Assembly: GCA_016284875.1 (NCBI GenBank)
Contig: JAEEPS010000004.1
Location: forward strand, 11,785-75,784
DNA from: Salinivirgaceae bacterium
GTDB lineage: Bacteria > Bacteroidota > Bacteroidia > Bacteroidales > SZUA-534
Reading direction: 5' to 3'
DNA: 64,000 nucleotides
The notes beneath the pieces were generated by a model. It had not been told where the DNA came from. It was given only the letters and a program-made list of their open reading frames with translations, and did not search any database. Below, in pieces: positions 26,351-36,924 of the stretch. Positions within the stretch are counted from its first letter, which is position 1; each line of letters begins with the position of its first letter. Both the position numbers and the translations under genes were made by a program.

Positions 26351-27327
26351 TGGAAAGCACGGCCAACATATTGAAAACCATTGAACAGCGCATTGCCGCA
26401 CTGCCTTTGCAGCGCGAGCCGCAGGGGCTTTACGAGCCGATTGTGTACTCAATGGGCAACGGCGGAAAACGCATCCGTCCGCTGCTGACGGTTCTGGCCT
26501 GCCAAGTGTTTGACGCTGACAAGGTTGCCGACGCCTACACGCCCGCCATTGCGTGGGAAATGTTCCACAACTTCACGCTTCTGCACGACGACGTTATGGA
26601 CCGCGCGCCCATCCGTCGCGGAAAGCCCACGGTGCCCGCCAAATACGGCGACAACACAGCCATTCTGTCGGGCGACACAATGCTGGTTGAGGCGTTCAGC
26701 ATTCTGCATCAGACCAAGAGCAACAGTTTCAGCAAGATAGCCGAACTGTTCGCCCGCACGGCGCAGGAGGTTTGCGAGGGGCAAATGTACGATATGGAGT
26801 TTGAGGAGCGGGCTGATATTACTGAAAATGAGTACATTGAAATGATTCGGCTGAAGACATCGGTGCTGATTGGCGCCTGCCTGAAAACGGGCGCACTAAT
26901 GGGCGGCGCATCGGACGACGACGCGCAACTGTTGTACGACTTCGGCATCAACCTGGGCCTGGCGTTCCAACTGCGCGACGACCTGCTCGACACCTTCGGC
27001 AACCCCGAAACGTTTGGCAAGCGCATTGGCGGCGACATTGTGTGCGGAAAGAAAACCTATCTGCTAATCAATGCGTTGAACGCAGCATCGGCGCAAGACC
27101 GAGCCACTATGAACGACTGGCTGGAGCGCACGGAGTTTGACGAGGAGGCGAAAATTGAGGCCATCAGGGCAATGTATGTGAAGTACGGCATCGACCGAAT
27201 GAGTGAGAAAAAAATTGAGGAATACGATAACAAGGCAACGCAGATTTTGGATAAATTGAGTGCCCGCGGACTTGAGGTGAGCCCGCTGCGCGAATTGAGC
27301 CAAAAACTGCTGAACCGCAACAAATAA
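26350..27327 (+). CDS. Polyprenyl diphosphate synthase
   Basis: Two aspartate-rich motifs are present, LLHDDVMD and FQLRDDLLD. Confidence 0.9.
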   Translation: MESTANILKTIEQRIAALPLQREPQGLYEPIVYSMGNGGKRIRPLLTVLACQVFDADKVADAYTPAIAWEMFHNFTLLHDDVMDRAPIRRGKPTVPAKYGDNTAILSGDTMLVEAFSILHQTKSNSFSKIAELFARTAQEVCEGQMYDMEFEERADITENEYIEMIRLKTSVLIGACLKTGALMGGASDDDAQLLYDFGINLGLAFQLRDDLLDTFGNPETFGKRIGGDIVCGKKTYLLINALNAASAQDRATMNDWLERTEFDEEAKIEAIRAMYVKYGIDRMSEKKIEEYDNKATQILDKLSARGLEVSPLRELSQKLLNRNK

Positions 27328-27344
27328 AAAAGTGTAACTATTAA

Positions 27345-28865
<1,521 letters not shown>

Positions 28866-28871
28866 TTATTG

Positions 28872-28910
28872 AGGCATTAGGCACTAGGCATTAGTGATTA
28901 GGAATTAGGA
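28872..28910. repeat. TTAGG-rich spacer (aggcattagg family)
   Basis: The sequence is aggcattaggcactaggcattagtgattaggaattagga. It shares the 10-mer aggcattagg with 42268-42277. Confidence 0.75.
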
Positions 28911-28915
28911 GCGAT

Positions 28916-29236
28916 ATGGTAGTTTTGATTGTTATAGCGGTAGTAATGATTGCTTTGGGAGTTTTGCTTCTTAAGGGCAAAGCCGATAGGTTTATTGCTG
29001 GTTATAACACCGCAAGCGAAGAAGAACGTAAACAGATAAACATCAAGCGATTGCGTTTGGTGGTGGCCTTATGCCTTTGGGCAACAACGGCAGTTTGCGT
29101 TTTGGTTCTTCCTAACCTTCCAAAGCACGAAAAGCCTGGAAGTGAAGCGTTTATCGTAATGGGAATATTTTTCGCTATAGCCATTGTGACGGTTATTTTG
29201 GCAAACACTTGGTGCAAAAAGAAAGCGGGAAATTGA
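28916..29236 (+). CDS. DUF3784-like small membrane protein, paralogue 1
   Basis: It has two transmembrane regions, the motif IAGYNTASEEERKQINIKRLR and the C-terminal TWCKKK. An AGGAG lies about 6 nt upstream of the ATG. Confidence 0.65.
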   Translation: MVVLIVIAVVMIALGVLLLKGKADRFIAGYNTASEEERKQINIKRLRLVVALCLWATTAVCVLVLPNLPKHEKPGSEAFIVMGIFFAIAIVTVILANTWCKKKAGN

Positions 29237-29249
29237 TATTAGGAGCTAT

Positions 29250-29528
29250 ATGATTATTGAAATTGTCGTAGGGGTATTATTTTTTGTCTGGGGTATTATC
29301 ATCCTGCTTGGCAAGGTTGACAAGTGGCTGATTTATCCTGGCAATAAAATAAATATGAAGCGATTCCGTATAGTAAGGGGTGTGGAAAATATATGCGGAG
29401 GTGCTTGGTTGGCCACACTACAACTTTTTGGCGATTTCTTTACCATTCTGCTTGTAATAATTGTAGTGGCGTTTATTTTACAATTCACTTGGTGCAGGAA
29501 GTTGCCTGAAAACCAAACAAATCGCTAA
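29250..29528 (+). CDS. DUF3784-like small membrane protein, paralogue 2 (divergent)
   Basis: It has the same architecture and the tail FTWCRK. Its upstream attaggagctatATG is nearly identical to that of paralogue 1. Confidence 0.6.
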   Translation: MIIEIVVGVLFFVWGIIILLGKVDKWLIYPGNKINMKRFRIVRGVENICGGAWLATLQLFGDFFTILLVIIVVAFILQFTWCRKLPENQTNR

Positions 29529-29556
29529 ACATTCTAAACGCTAAACTTTTGAAGAA

Positions 29557-29829
29557 ATGATTTTAAAAATTGTAGTATCGGCAGTATTTTTTGTTTGTGG
29601 AGTTCTTACTCTGTTTGGCATTTTCGATAAGTGGTTGCTTTATGGCGATTCAAAAGCGATTGAAGAGGAACGTAAACAAATAAATATAAAGCGATTTCGC
29701 TGGGTGAACGGAGTGGCTCTTTTATTGGCCGCAGGGTGCGTGTTTCTGTACTATGAAGTAATAATTGTCATTGTTATTATTTCACTTGTTTTACGATATA
29801 CTTGGTGCAAGAAGAAACCTGAAAACTAA
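29557..29829 (+). CDS. DUF3784-like small membrane protein, paralogue 3
   Basis: It shares EEERKQINIKRFR and YTWCKKK with paralogue 1. Confidence 0.65.
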   Translation: MILKIVVSAVFFVCGVLTLFGIFDKWLLYGDSKAIEEERKQINIKRFRWVNGVALLLAAGCVFLYYEVIIVIVIISLVLRYTWCKKKPEN

Positions 29830-29888
29830 ACCTTCTAAACTTCTCAACAGCGAAGCGACTCAACTTTTAACTCTAAACTTTTAAAGAA

Positions 29889-30134
29889 ATGATTGCGGAA
29901 ATAGTAACACCTGACAAGTCGGTTTACAGCGGAAATGTGACGCTGGTGAGCGTTCCTGGCGTTATGGGTTCGTTTGAGATTCTGAACAGCCACGCCCCGA
30001 TAATATCGGCTTTGGGCAAAGGCCAAATACGTATTGTGGAAGACAACGCCGACCACAGCGAGCAACTGTTCGAGGTGGAAAGCGGCATTGTCGAGGTTAA
30101 AAGCAATAAGGTTAACGTGCTGATTGAGAAATAA
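29889..30134 (+). CDS. atpC: F-type ATP synthase subunit epsilon (short form)
   Basis: The 81-aa beta-sandwich sequence reads IVTPDKSVYSGNVTLVSVPGVMGSFEILNSHAPIISAL. Confidence 0.85.
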   Translation: MIAEIVTPDKSVYSGNVTLVSVPGVMGSFEILNSHAPIISALGKGQIRIVEDNADHSEQLFEVESGIVEVKSNKVNVLIEK

Positions 30135-30157
30135 CCGTCAACGCTGAATAGGTAAAG

Positions 30158-30187
30158 AAGCCGCTTCGAAAGAGAGCGGCTTTTTTT
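30158..30187 (+). terminator. Rho-independent terminator after atpC
   Basis: The arms aagccgct and agcggctt form an 8-bp stem, followed by T7. Confidence 0.75.
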
Positions 30188-30256
30188 GTGGAAAGGTATT
30201 GGGGAGATGCTAAATCGGCAGATAACTTCTGCCAATTTAAGCAACTGGAAAAAGAT

Positions 30257-30296
30257 GGAAAACAAAACCAGGCTGTCCAAAATTTTGAACAGCCTG
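30257..30296 (-). terminator. Rho-independent terminator after the nitroreductase gene
   Basis: The arms caggctgt and acagcctg form the stem. On the minus strand they are followed by GTTTTGTTTT. Confidence 0.55.
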
Positions 30297-30335
30297 CTTT
30301 ATTTGTAGAAGTTGGCAAAACCCTAACGGTCTGCA

Positions 30336-30947
30336 TTAGAAGAACTTGACAATGTCGTCAAGGTTTTTGTGCTGCGGCTGGCGGGGTTCACCACTGCGGT
30401 AACCCAACGAGATTACGGCTGTAATGGTCTCGCTTTCAGGAATTCCGAACAGACGGCGCAGAGCATCGGCATCGCGCATACCCATAATCAACGTGTCGAA
30501 CCCCATTGCGCGGGCCTTCAGAACAAGGTAGGCATTAGCCAGACCGTTGTCGTAGGCACCCCAAAGGTCGCCCAGTTCGTTGGCTGGATTGCCGTTGAAG
30601 AAACCCGATTTGCCGCGCTCGAATGTAGAGACAATCAGCACTGGCGCGCCTTCAACATTGCGGCGGTTGCCACCAATGTAGTTCTTCACGGAGTCAATCA
30701 TTGCGGCGCTCTGTGCCACGTAGTATTTTGTGGGCTGCTGGTTTGCCCACGATGGTGCTTCCTGTGCGCTTAAAAGCAGTTCGCGCACTTCGGCTTCGCC
30801 GATGGTTTTGGTGGCATCGTAACTGCGCACGCTGCGGCGTGTTTTAATCACATCGTCGAACGACACACTGTTTGAACCCACTTGTCCGCTGTTGTTGCAA
30901 CCGACCAATGCGGCCGCCAATGCAACTGTGAATAAGATTTTTCGCAT
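30336..30947 (-). CDS. Nitroreductase-family lipoprotein
   Basis: A lipobox LVGC is present, followed by the RRSVRSYD nitroreductase motif. Confidence 0.85.
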   Translation of the reverse strand: MRKILFTVALAAALVGCNNSGQVGSNSVSFDDVIKTRRSVRSYDATKTIGEAEVRELLLSAQEAPSWANQQPTKYYVAQSAAMIDSVKNYIGGNRRNVEGAPVLIVSTFERGKSGFFNGNPANELGDLWGAYDNGLANAYLVLKARAMGFDTLIMGMRDADALRRLFGIPESETITAVISLGYRSGEPRQPQHKNLDDIVKFF

Positions 30948-31221
30948 AAAATTCTGATGGACTTCTGGTTAATGATACCGAATGCTGTTTTTACCGTTTC
31001 TGCGAAGTCCGAAACAAAACTGGCAGACAACAACGCAATAAATATAGGCAGATATCGTGCAAAACCGATTGATTTTGGGCGATTTCCGTCAGCCGATTGC
31101 CGATTGTTTTTGTACGATAGCAGAATTTAATGCCAATGCAAACTGATTTTTCCTCCTTGTGCAGCGCGTTGGGTGCGTTTGAGTTGTTTTTCATATATTT
31201 CGGCACAAAATGCGATTTGAT

Positions 31222-33519
31222 ATGAAAAAAATAATCACACTTCTGATTTGTGCCAGCCTTTTGGCACCGCTGTGCGGCATGGCGCAGAATACAACGGGTT
31301 GGAAACCCAACGACTACACGACGGATTATAAACGTTACACTTTCAATTTCACAAAGCAAATAAGTCAGGCGGGAAATTATTCCATTTCGTTTATCTACAA
31401 CAGTGGATTGAACCTGCTTGCCAGCCGCAATGCGGTTATCGAGGTCGATGGGAAGAAGATTGCGTCGTTCGACAAAGAGGTGAGCGCGGGCTTGAAGCCG
31501 AAGCAGTGGACCTACACGTTCAATGTGCAGTCGAAGCCGAAGAAGGTGATACTGACTGTTGATTTGCGAACCAGCGGCGGCACCGATTCAAAAGGCACCA
31601 TCACGGTAACCCGAAACGGCAACGCCGACAGCAGCGATGCAACGCTTGATGGCGGTTATAATGTCTACTCAAAGAAATCGACAGACGGGTCTTCGTCGAA
31701 TTCAGGCTCTACGGCGCGGCAGGGCGGCTCATCTGGTCAGAAAACATCGTATGGCGGCAAAGGCAAATGGCAGCGCGACTCGAAGCCAGTGAAAGTTCCA
31801 AACGAGTTGATTATCTACAACCGACACTCGTCGGAGAGCCGCAAGCCGCAGCGCACGGAGGTTGTTTTGTTCAAAAACCAGCCCAAAGTGGCAGAATATA
31901 CCACGGGCGACATCACGCGCCCCGAAAAGAGCAGGTATGAAAATTATGTATCATATCCAGTGAACGACGACGCCAAACGCGAGAACAAGGCAGCCGCGCG
32001 CAACGACCGTGTTGAGAAAGGCTTTCTTTACATAGCCGAAGGCACAACAACCATCTACAAAAACGCCTACAACGGCCGCACCGACATTGTGAGAGTGATT
32101 CTGCCCGAAAGCGTGACAACCATTGGCGACTACGCCTTCGCCAACATGCCCAACCTTCAAACGGTGTCTGGCAACAATAGTAAGGTAAAATATATAGGCG
32201 ACCACGCTTTCGACCAGGATATGAACCTATCGTGGATTCCACGTTTCTACAATCTCGATTATTTGGGCAGGTGCGCTTTCCGCGAGACGGCACTCACCGA
32301 CGGCACCATTGCACGAGCCTATTTTGTCGGCGATTCGGCCTTCATGGGCTCTGCTGTGAAAAAGGCTGGCTGGAGAGGTATTACAGCCATTGGCGACTAT
32401 GCCTATAAAGACTGCAAGAATTTGACAGACTTTGATTTTACTGACGCTGATGGTTTTAGTTCCACGTTGGAATATATTGGGCACGGCGCGTTTTTGGGCA
32501 CGGGACTTACTAAAGTCGCTTTGCAAGAAGGGATAATGGTGGGAATGGAGGCTTTTGAGCCGAACACCGAAATATCATGGAATCTGAACTATGCGAAAAG
32601 CGAGGAGAAAGTGCGCCCGCACTTCACGGCTGATGATTATTATGAGATAATGCCCGACATCAACGACTTCTCAATACTCATGCCCGAAGACTACGACCCT
32701 GTGACGAGCGTCGATGTGCCAATGATTCTATACCTTCACGGCCGCAGCATGAGCAAAGACCTGCCACGCGCTACCCAATACGGCCCGCTGCAATCGATGA
32801 GCCAGGGGTACAAGATTTTTGAGCATGGACAGTCTATTGTGGTGAGTCCCAATGCAGTATCGAGCGAGGGCTGGTCGTCGGCCAAGCTGCACAAGTTGTA
32901 CGAGTTTCTGAAGGCGCACTACGCTTTCGACCATAACCGCTTCTACGTCATAGGATTGAGCATGGGCGGTTGGGGAACGCTGAACTACGTGAACCGCTAC
33001 CCCGACGAGGTGGCGGCCTGCATTGCTTTCTGTGGCGGCTGCGATGCTGCCAAACCCTGCGGACTGAACCAGGTGCCAACGTGGATTGTGCATGCCCAGG
33101 ACGACGAGATGACATCGGTGAAATACTCCGACCGTGTGGTTGAGGCCATGAAGAGTTGTGGAAACACCAACTTGCTGAAATATAGCCGTCTTGAGCAAGG
33201 CGGACACAGTCTGATTTACTATTTCGATTATTACAATCTTTACGACTGGCTTCTGTCGCACAACCGCCAGAACCGCACGTTCAACCACAGCATCGATTTT
33301 GTTGCCGACCCGCGGTCGACTGTCGATGACGATAATTTCTGGTTAGGCGTAACATACCACGAGATATCGTGGACTGAAATAACATCGGTGAAATTGTCGG
33401 AAATAAAGGCGCGCACGCCCAATGCACAAGGAACGCCAGTGCCGCCAAAAGTGAAGCCTGTGGTGGAGCCAGTAAAAGTGGAGCCGGTAACGCGCATCCC
33501 GACAGGGCGGAAAAAATAG
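31222..33519 (+). CDS. Secreted BspA-type leucine-rich-repeat protein fused to an alpha/beta-hydrolase (esterase) domain
   Basis: It has a signal peptide. Repeated IGDYAF / IGDHAF / IGHGAF LRR units follow. The C-terminal region has MILYLHGRS and the nucleophile elbow GLSMGGWG, with a Pro/Val-rich tail. Confidence 0.75.
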   Translation: MKKIITLLICASLLAPLCGMAQNTTGWKPNDYTTDYKRYTFNFTKQISQAGNYSISFIYNSGLNLLASRNAVIEVDGKKIASFDKEVSAGLKPKQWTYTFNVQSKPKKVILTVDLRTSGGTDSKGTITVTRNGNADSSDATLDGGYNVYSKKSTDGSSSNSGSTARQGGSSGQKTSYGGKGKWQRDSKPVKVPNELIIYNRHSSESRKPQRTEVVLFKNQPKVAEYTTGDITRPEKSRYENYVSYPVNDDAKRENKAAARNDRVEKGFLYIAEGTTTIYKNAYNGRTDIVRVILPESVTTIGDYAFANMPNLQTVSGNNSKVKYIGDHAFDQDMNLSWIPRFYNLDYLGRCAFRETALTDGTIARAYFVGDSAFMGSAVKKAGWRGITAIGDYAYKDCKNLTDFDFTDADGFSSTLEYIGHGAFLGTGLTKVALQEGIMVGMEAFEPNTEISWNLNYAKSEEKVRPHFTADDYYEIMPDINDFSILMPEDYDPVTSVDVPMILYLHGRSMSKDLPRATQYGPLQSMSQGYKIFEHGQSIVVSPNAVSSEGWSSAKLHKLYEFLKAHYAFDHNRFYVIGLSMGGWGTLNYVNRYPDEVAACIAFCGGCDAAKPCGLNQVPTWIVHAQDDEMTSVKYSDRVVEAMKSCGNTNLLKYSRLEQGGHSLIYYFDYYNLYDWLLSHNRQNRTFNHSIDFVADPRSTVDDDNFWLGVTYHEISWTEITSVKLSEIKARTPNAQGTPVPPKVKPVVEPVKVEPVTRIPTGRKK

Positions 33520-33642
33520 ACTCTCCGACGCCGTTTTGTTATCCACTTAATCCGATTCAAAGAGGCGGTATCTGATAAAAAACCGTACCTTGCGATTCGC
33601 GGGAAGCACATCGTCTTTGCTTTCTTCTTTTTGATAATAAGG

Positions 33643-35601
33643 ATGATAGACCAGGAAACAGTAACTCGGATTATTGACGCTGCCAACATTGTTGACGTGG
33701 TGTCCGATTTTGTGAGCCTCAAGAAAAGCGGCAACAACTACTTCGGATGCTGCCCGTTTCACCATGAGAAAACAGCATCGTTTTCTGTGTCGCCGGCCAA
33801 AAACATCTACTACTGCTTCGGCTGCCACAAAGGCGGCAACAGCGTCAACTTCATCATGGAGCACGAGCAGATGGCTTATGTTGAGGCGCTCAAATATCTG
33901 GCTCAAAAATATCATATCGAGGTAAAAGAGAAGGAGTTAACGCAAGAGGACCAGGAGCGCCACGACGACCGAGAGAGCATGATGGTGCTCAACGAGTTCG
34001 CCAAAAACACCTTCATCCGCAACATGACGGAGACCGACGAGGGACGCGCTATCGGCTACAAATACTTCAAGGAGCGCGGCTTCAACGAGGAGACCATCAA
34101 AGCCTACGAGTTGGGCTTCAGCCTTTCCGGCCGCAAAGCCTTCACCGATTTGGCACTCAAAAGCGGCTACAATCAGAAATACCTTGTCAGCACGGGCCTA
34201 TCGATTCTGAAAGAAGACGGCTACATTTTCGACCGCTTCAGCAACCGCGTAATGTTCCCCATCCACAACCTCACGGGAAAGGTCATCGGATTTGGCGGCC
34301 GTGTGCTCGACGCACGCACCAAAGGCGTGAATGTCAAGTACATGAACTCGCCGCAGTCGGAAATCTACGACAAGAGCCGCTCGCTCTACGGCATCTATCA
34401 GGCCAAATCCACCATTGTGAAAAACGACAAGTGCTTTCTGGTTGAGGGCTACACCGATGTGTTGAGCATGCACCAGAGCGGCATCACGAATGTGGTGGCC
34501 AGCAACGGAACGGCGCTCACAACAGAGCAGATAAGGCTCATCCGCAAGTTCACAACCAACATCACGGTGCTCTACGACGGCGATTCGGCCGGTATTCATG
34601 CCGCCTTGCGCGGAATCGACATGATTCTGGCCGAGGAGATGAACGTGAAGGTGCTGCTGCTGCCCGACGGCGAGGACCCCGACTCGTTCGCCCGCAACCA
34701 CAGTTCGTCGGAACTTGAGGATTTCATCGCCAAAAACGAGACCGATTTCATCCTCTTCAAAGCCCGTCTGCTCTTGAACGACGCCGGCAACGACCCCATC
34801 AAACTGTCGGGATTGGTAAACGATATTGTTGATTCAATCTCGGTTGTGCCCGACGGCATCAAGCGCGCCTTCTACGTCAAGGAGTGCGCCCAACTGATGA
34901 ACATCGATGAGAGACTGATTCACCGCGAGATAAACAAGCGTTTTCGCAATCGGCGTGAGCAGTGGCACGACGCCGAACAGAAAAAAGACGAACAAGAAAT
35001 CAAACTGCCGACAGTCAAAACGTTCAATCCGGAACAGGAGGCGCTGAATCGGTGCCGCAAGTATGAGGAAGAATTGCTCTCGCTGCTCATCAAGTACGGA
35101 AACGACATCCTTTTCGTCGTAGCCAAGGGCGATGAACCATCGGTCGATGTGAAAGTGGCGAATTACATCATCAAAGATCTGAATGACAATAATATAGAAT
35201 TCAAAATCCCCATCTGCCGGCGTGTGCTTGAGATGTACAACGAGGCCATCGAAAAAGGTAAAAAGCCCGATGCCACCACATTCACTCTCTGTGCCGACGC
35301 CGAGGTTAGCCAGTTTGCCGTGAGCCTGCTGATGCAAACAAACGAGTTGAGCAAACTATGGGAGAGTCGCAACCGCTATATTGCCCCCGAGGAGAGCAAC
35401 CTGCAGGGAGTTATTGACCGTGCGTTGAATGGCTACAAGAGTGAACAAGTGCAACAAAAACTCGAAGAGATACGGAAACAGATGAAAGAACTAGAGGAAG
35501 GTCCTGACAACGAACTTAAAATCAGCGAATTAATGACCGAACTCTCTATTTATCAAAAATACAGAAACAAGTTGAGCAAGTCTTTGGGACGAAATTCTTA
35601 A
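33643..35601 (+). CDS. dnaG: DNA primase
   Basis: It has a zinc ribbon CCPFHHEKTASFSVSPAKNIYYCFGCHKGG and a TOPRIM motif LVEGYTDVLS ... YDGDSAG. Confidence 0.95.
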   Translation: MIDQETVTRIIDAANIVDVVSDFVSLKKSGNNYFGCCPFHHEKTASFSVSPAKNIYYCFGCHKGGNSVNFIMEHEQMAYVEALKYLAQKYHIEVKEKELTQEDQERHDDRESMMVLNEFAKNTFIRNMTETDEGRAIGYKYFKERGFNEETIKAYELGFSLSGRKAFTDLALKSGYNQKYLVSTGLSILKEDGYIFDRFSNRVMFPIHNLTGKVIGFGGRVLDARTKGVNVKYMNSPQSEIYDKSRSLYGIYQAKSTIVKNDKCFLVEGYTDVLSMHQSGITNVVASNGTALTTEQIRLIRKFTTNITVLYDGDSAGIHAALRGIDMILAEEMNVKVLLLPDGEDPDSFARNHSSSELEDFIAKNETDFILFKARLLLNDAGNDPIKLSGLVNDIVDSISVVPDGIKRAFYVKECAQLMNIDERLIHREINKRFRNRREQWHDAEQKKDEQEIKLPTVKTFNPEQEALNRCRKYEEELLSLLIKYGNDILFVVAKGDEPSVDVKVANYIIKDLNDNNIEFKIPICRRVLEMYNEAIEKGKKPDATTFTLCADAEVSQFAVSLLMQTNELSKLWESRNRYIAPEESNLQGVIDRALNGYKSEQVQQKLEEIRKQMKELEEGPDNELKISELMTELSIYQKYRNKLSKSLGRNS

Positions 35602-35820
35602 AAATAAACGGTCGCTTGCAGAATCAACACATTGACAAGTCCGATTCCCTCCTATTTTTGTCCTTGATTAAAAAAAACGGCTCCTCAGTTGTCAAAATCA
35701 TTAAATAGTAACTACTTTCAAGCGTTTTTTGTAAAATGACTTGTCTCAAATTATTGAGGATTGAGCCATGTTTGTTATTATTGTAGGCAATATTCTGATT
35801 TATTAATTAAACTCAAGCGT

Positions 35821-36924
35821 ATGGACCAGAAAATCAGCATTATCAGTGACTGGACACTGCAGCGGCTGCTCACCGAACTGAAAGCCGGCAACATCAAAAT
35901 ACCGCGTTTCCAGCGCGATTATATTTGGGAAAAATCGAAAGTGGTGAAACTGCTCAATTCGGTTTACCACCAGTACCCCATAGGCTCGCTGTTCTTTTGG
36001 AAGGCTCCGGCCAAATACGCATTTTTCATCCGCCCGTTCGACATTGAGGGCATCAACGACACCAAGACCGATGGCGATTTTCAGTTCATCCTGGATGGTC
36101 AGCAGCGCATCATGTCGCTTTTTGTGGCGCTGATGGGCAAAACAATGGGCGACTGCGACTATTCAACCATCTGCTTCAACGCCGATCGCTGCGAGTTTGT
36201 GATTCCCCGCAGCCAGCGCGAGAAAAACAACGTTCCCGTTTGGCAAATCATTGACGATGAGGAATTTGACGCTATTATTGTCGAAACTGACAATGGCAAG
36301 AAAACCAGTAAGGCCGCGCAGAACCTGCGTCAGTGCCGCGAGATTTTCCTCAACTACCCGATGAGCATTGTGCTCACCACCAACACCGAAATCGATGATG
36401 TGGTGGAGATTTTCGAGCGCATCAATCAGGGAGGCAAACACTTGACAATCTTTGATTTAATTCATGCCACCACATGGAGCGAGAAGTTCGACCTGAAGCA
36501 GAATATCGATGATTTCAACACACAGCAACGCATCAAGCAATTCGGGCGGTTGGGCGAGAAGGTTTTCTCACTTTCGCTGACAATCAATGCTTTCGGCGAT
36601 GCCCGCAGCCTATATCAGTTAAAACTCACGCCTGAAATCTGCCAGAAAATATGGCCGCGCACCAAAGCAGCACTGCTCAGTTCGCTCGATTTTCTGAAGC
36701 AGATGCGCCTTTCGGGCGACCTGACAATGTATCACAACCTGATTCCGACACTGCAATATTATTTCTTTGCCTCAGAGGCCAAAACCATCGACCCAAGTCA
36801 TCAGAAAACACTCGAAAAATGGTTCTGGGACGCCAAATTCTCGAAACGTTATTCGGCCTCGGCCGCAACCCGCTTGAAAGAGGATGTGGTGTGGATTCAA
36901 TCGCTAATCAAAAACGAGATATGA
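35821..36924 (+). CDS. DUF262 (ParB-like / GmrSD N-terminal) domain protein with no recognisable DUF1524 nuclease domain
   Basis: Motifs seen are IKIPRFQRDYIWEKSKVVKLLNSVYHQYPIGSLFFW and FILDGQQR. I chose the ATG at 35821. Confidence 0.8.
   Translation: MDQKISIISDWTLQRLLTELKAGNIKIPRFQRDYIWEKSKVVKLLNSVYHQYPIGSLFFWKAPAKYAFFIRPFDIEGINDTKTDGDFQFILDGQQRIMSLFVALMGKTMGDCDYSTICFNADRCEFVIPRSQREKNNVPVWQIIDDEEFDAIIVETDNGKKTSKAAQNLRQCREIFLNYPMSIVLTTNTEIDDVVEIFERINQGGKHLTIFDLIHATTWSEKFDLKQNIDDFNTQQRIKQFGRLGEKVFSLSLTINAFGDARSLYQLKLTPEICQKIWPRTKAALLSSLDFLKQMRLSGDLTMYHNLIPTLQYYFFASEAKTIDPSHQKTLEKWFWDAKFSKRYSASAATRLKEDVVWIQSLIKNEI

Noticed and set aside
36651-36920. The long N-terminal extension of the ORF at 36651-37544.
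   Set aside because: It overlaps the DUF262 gene in another frame and has Arg/Ser-rich junk composition. A lipoprotein signal peptide begins at the ATG at 36921.
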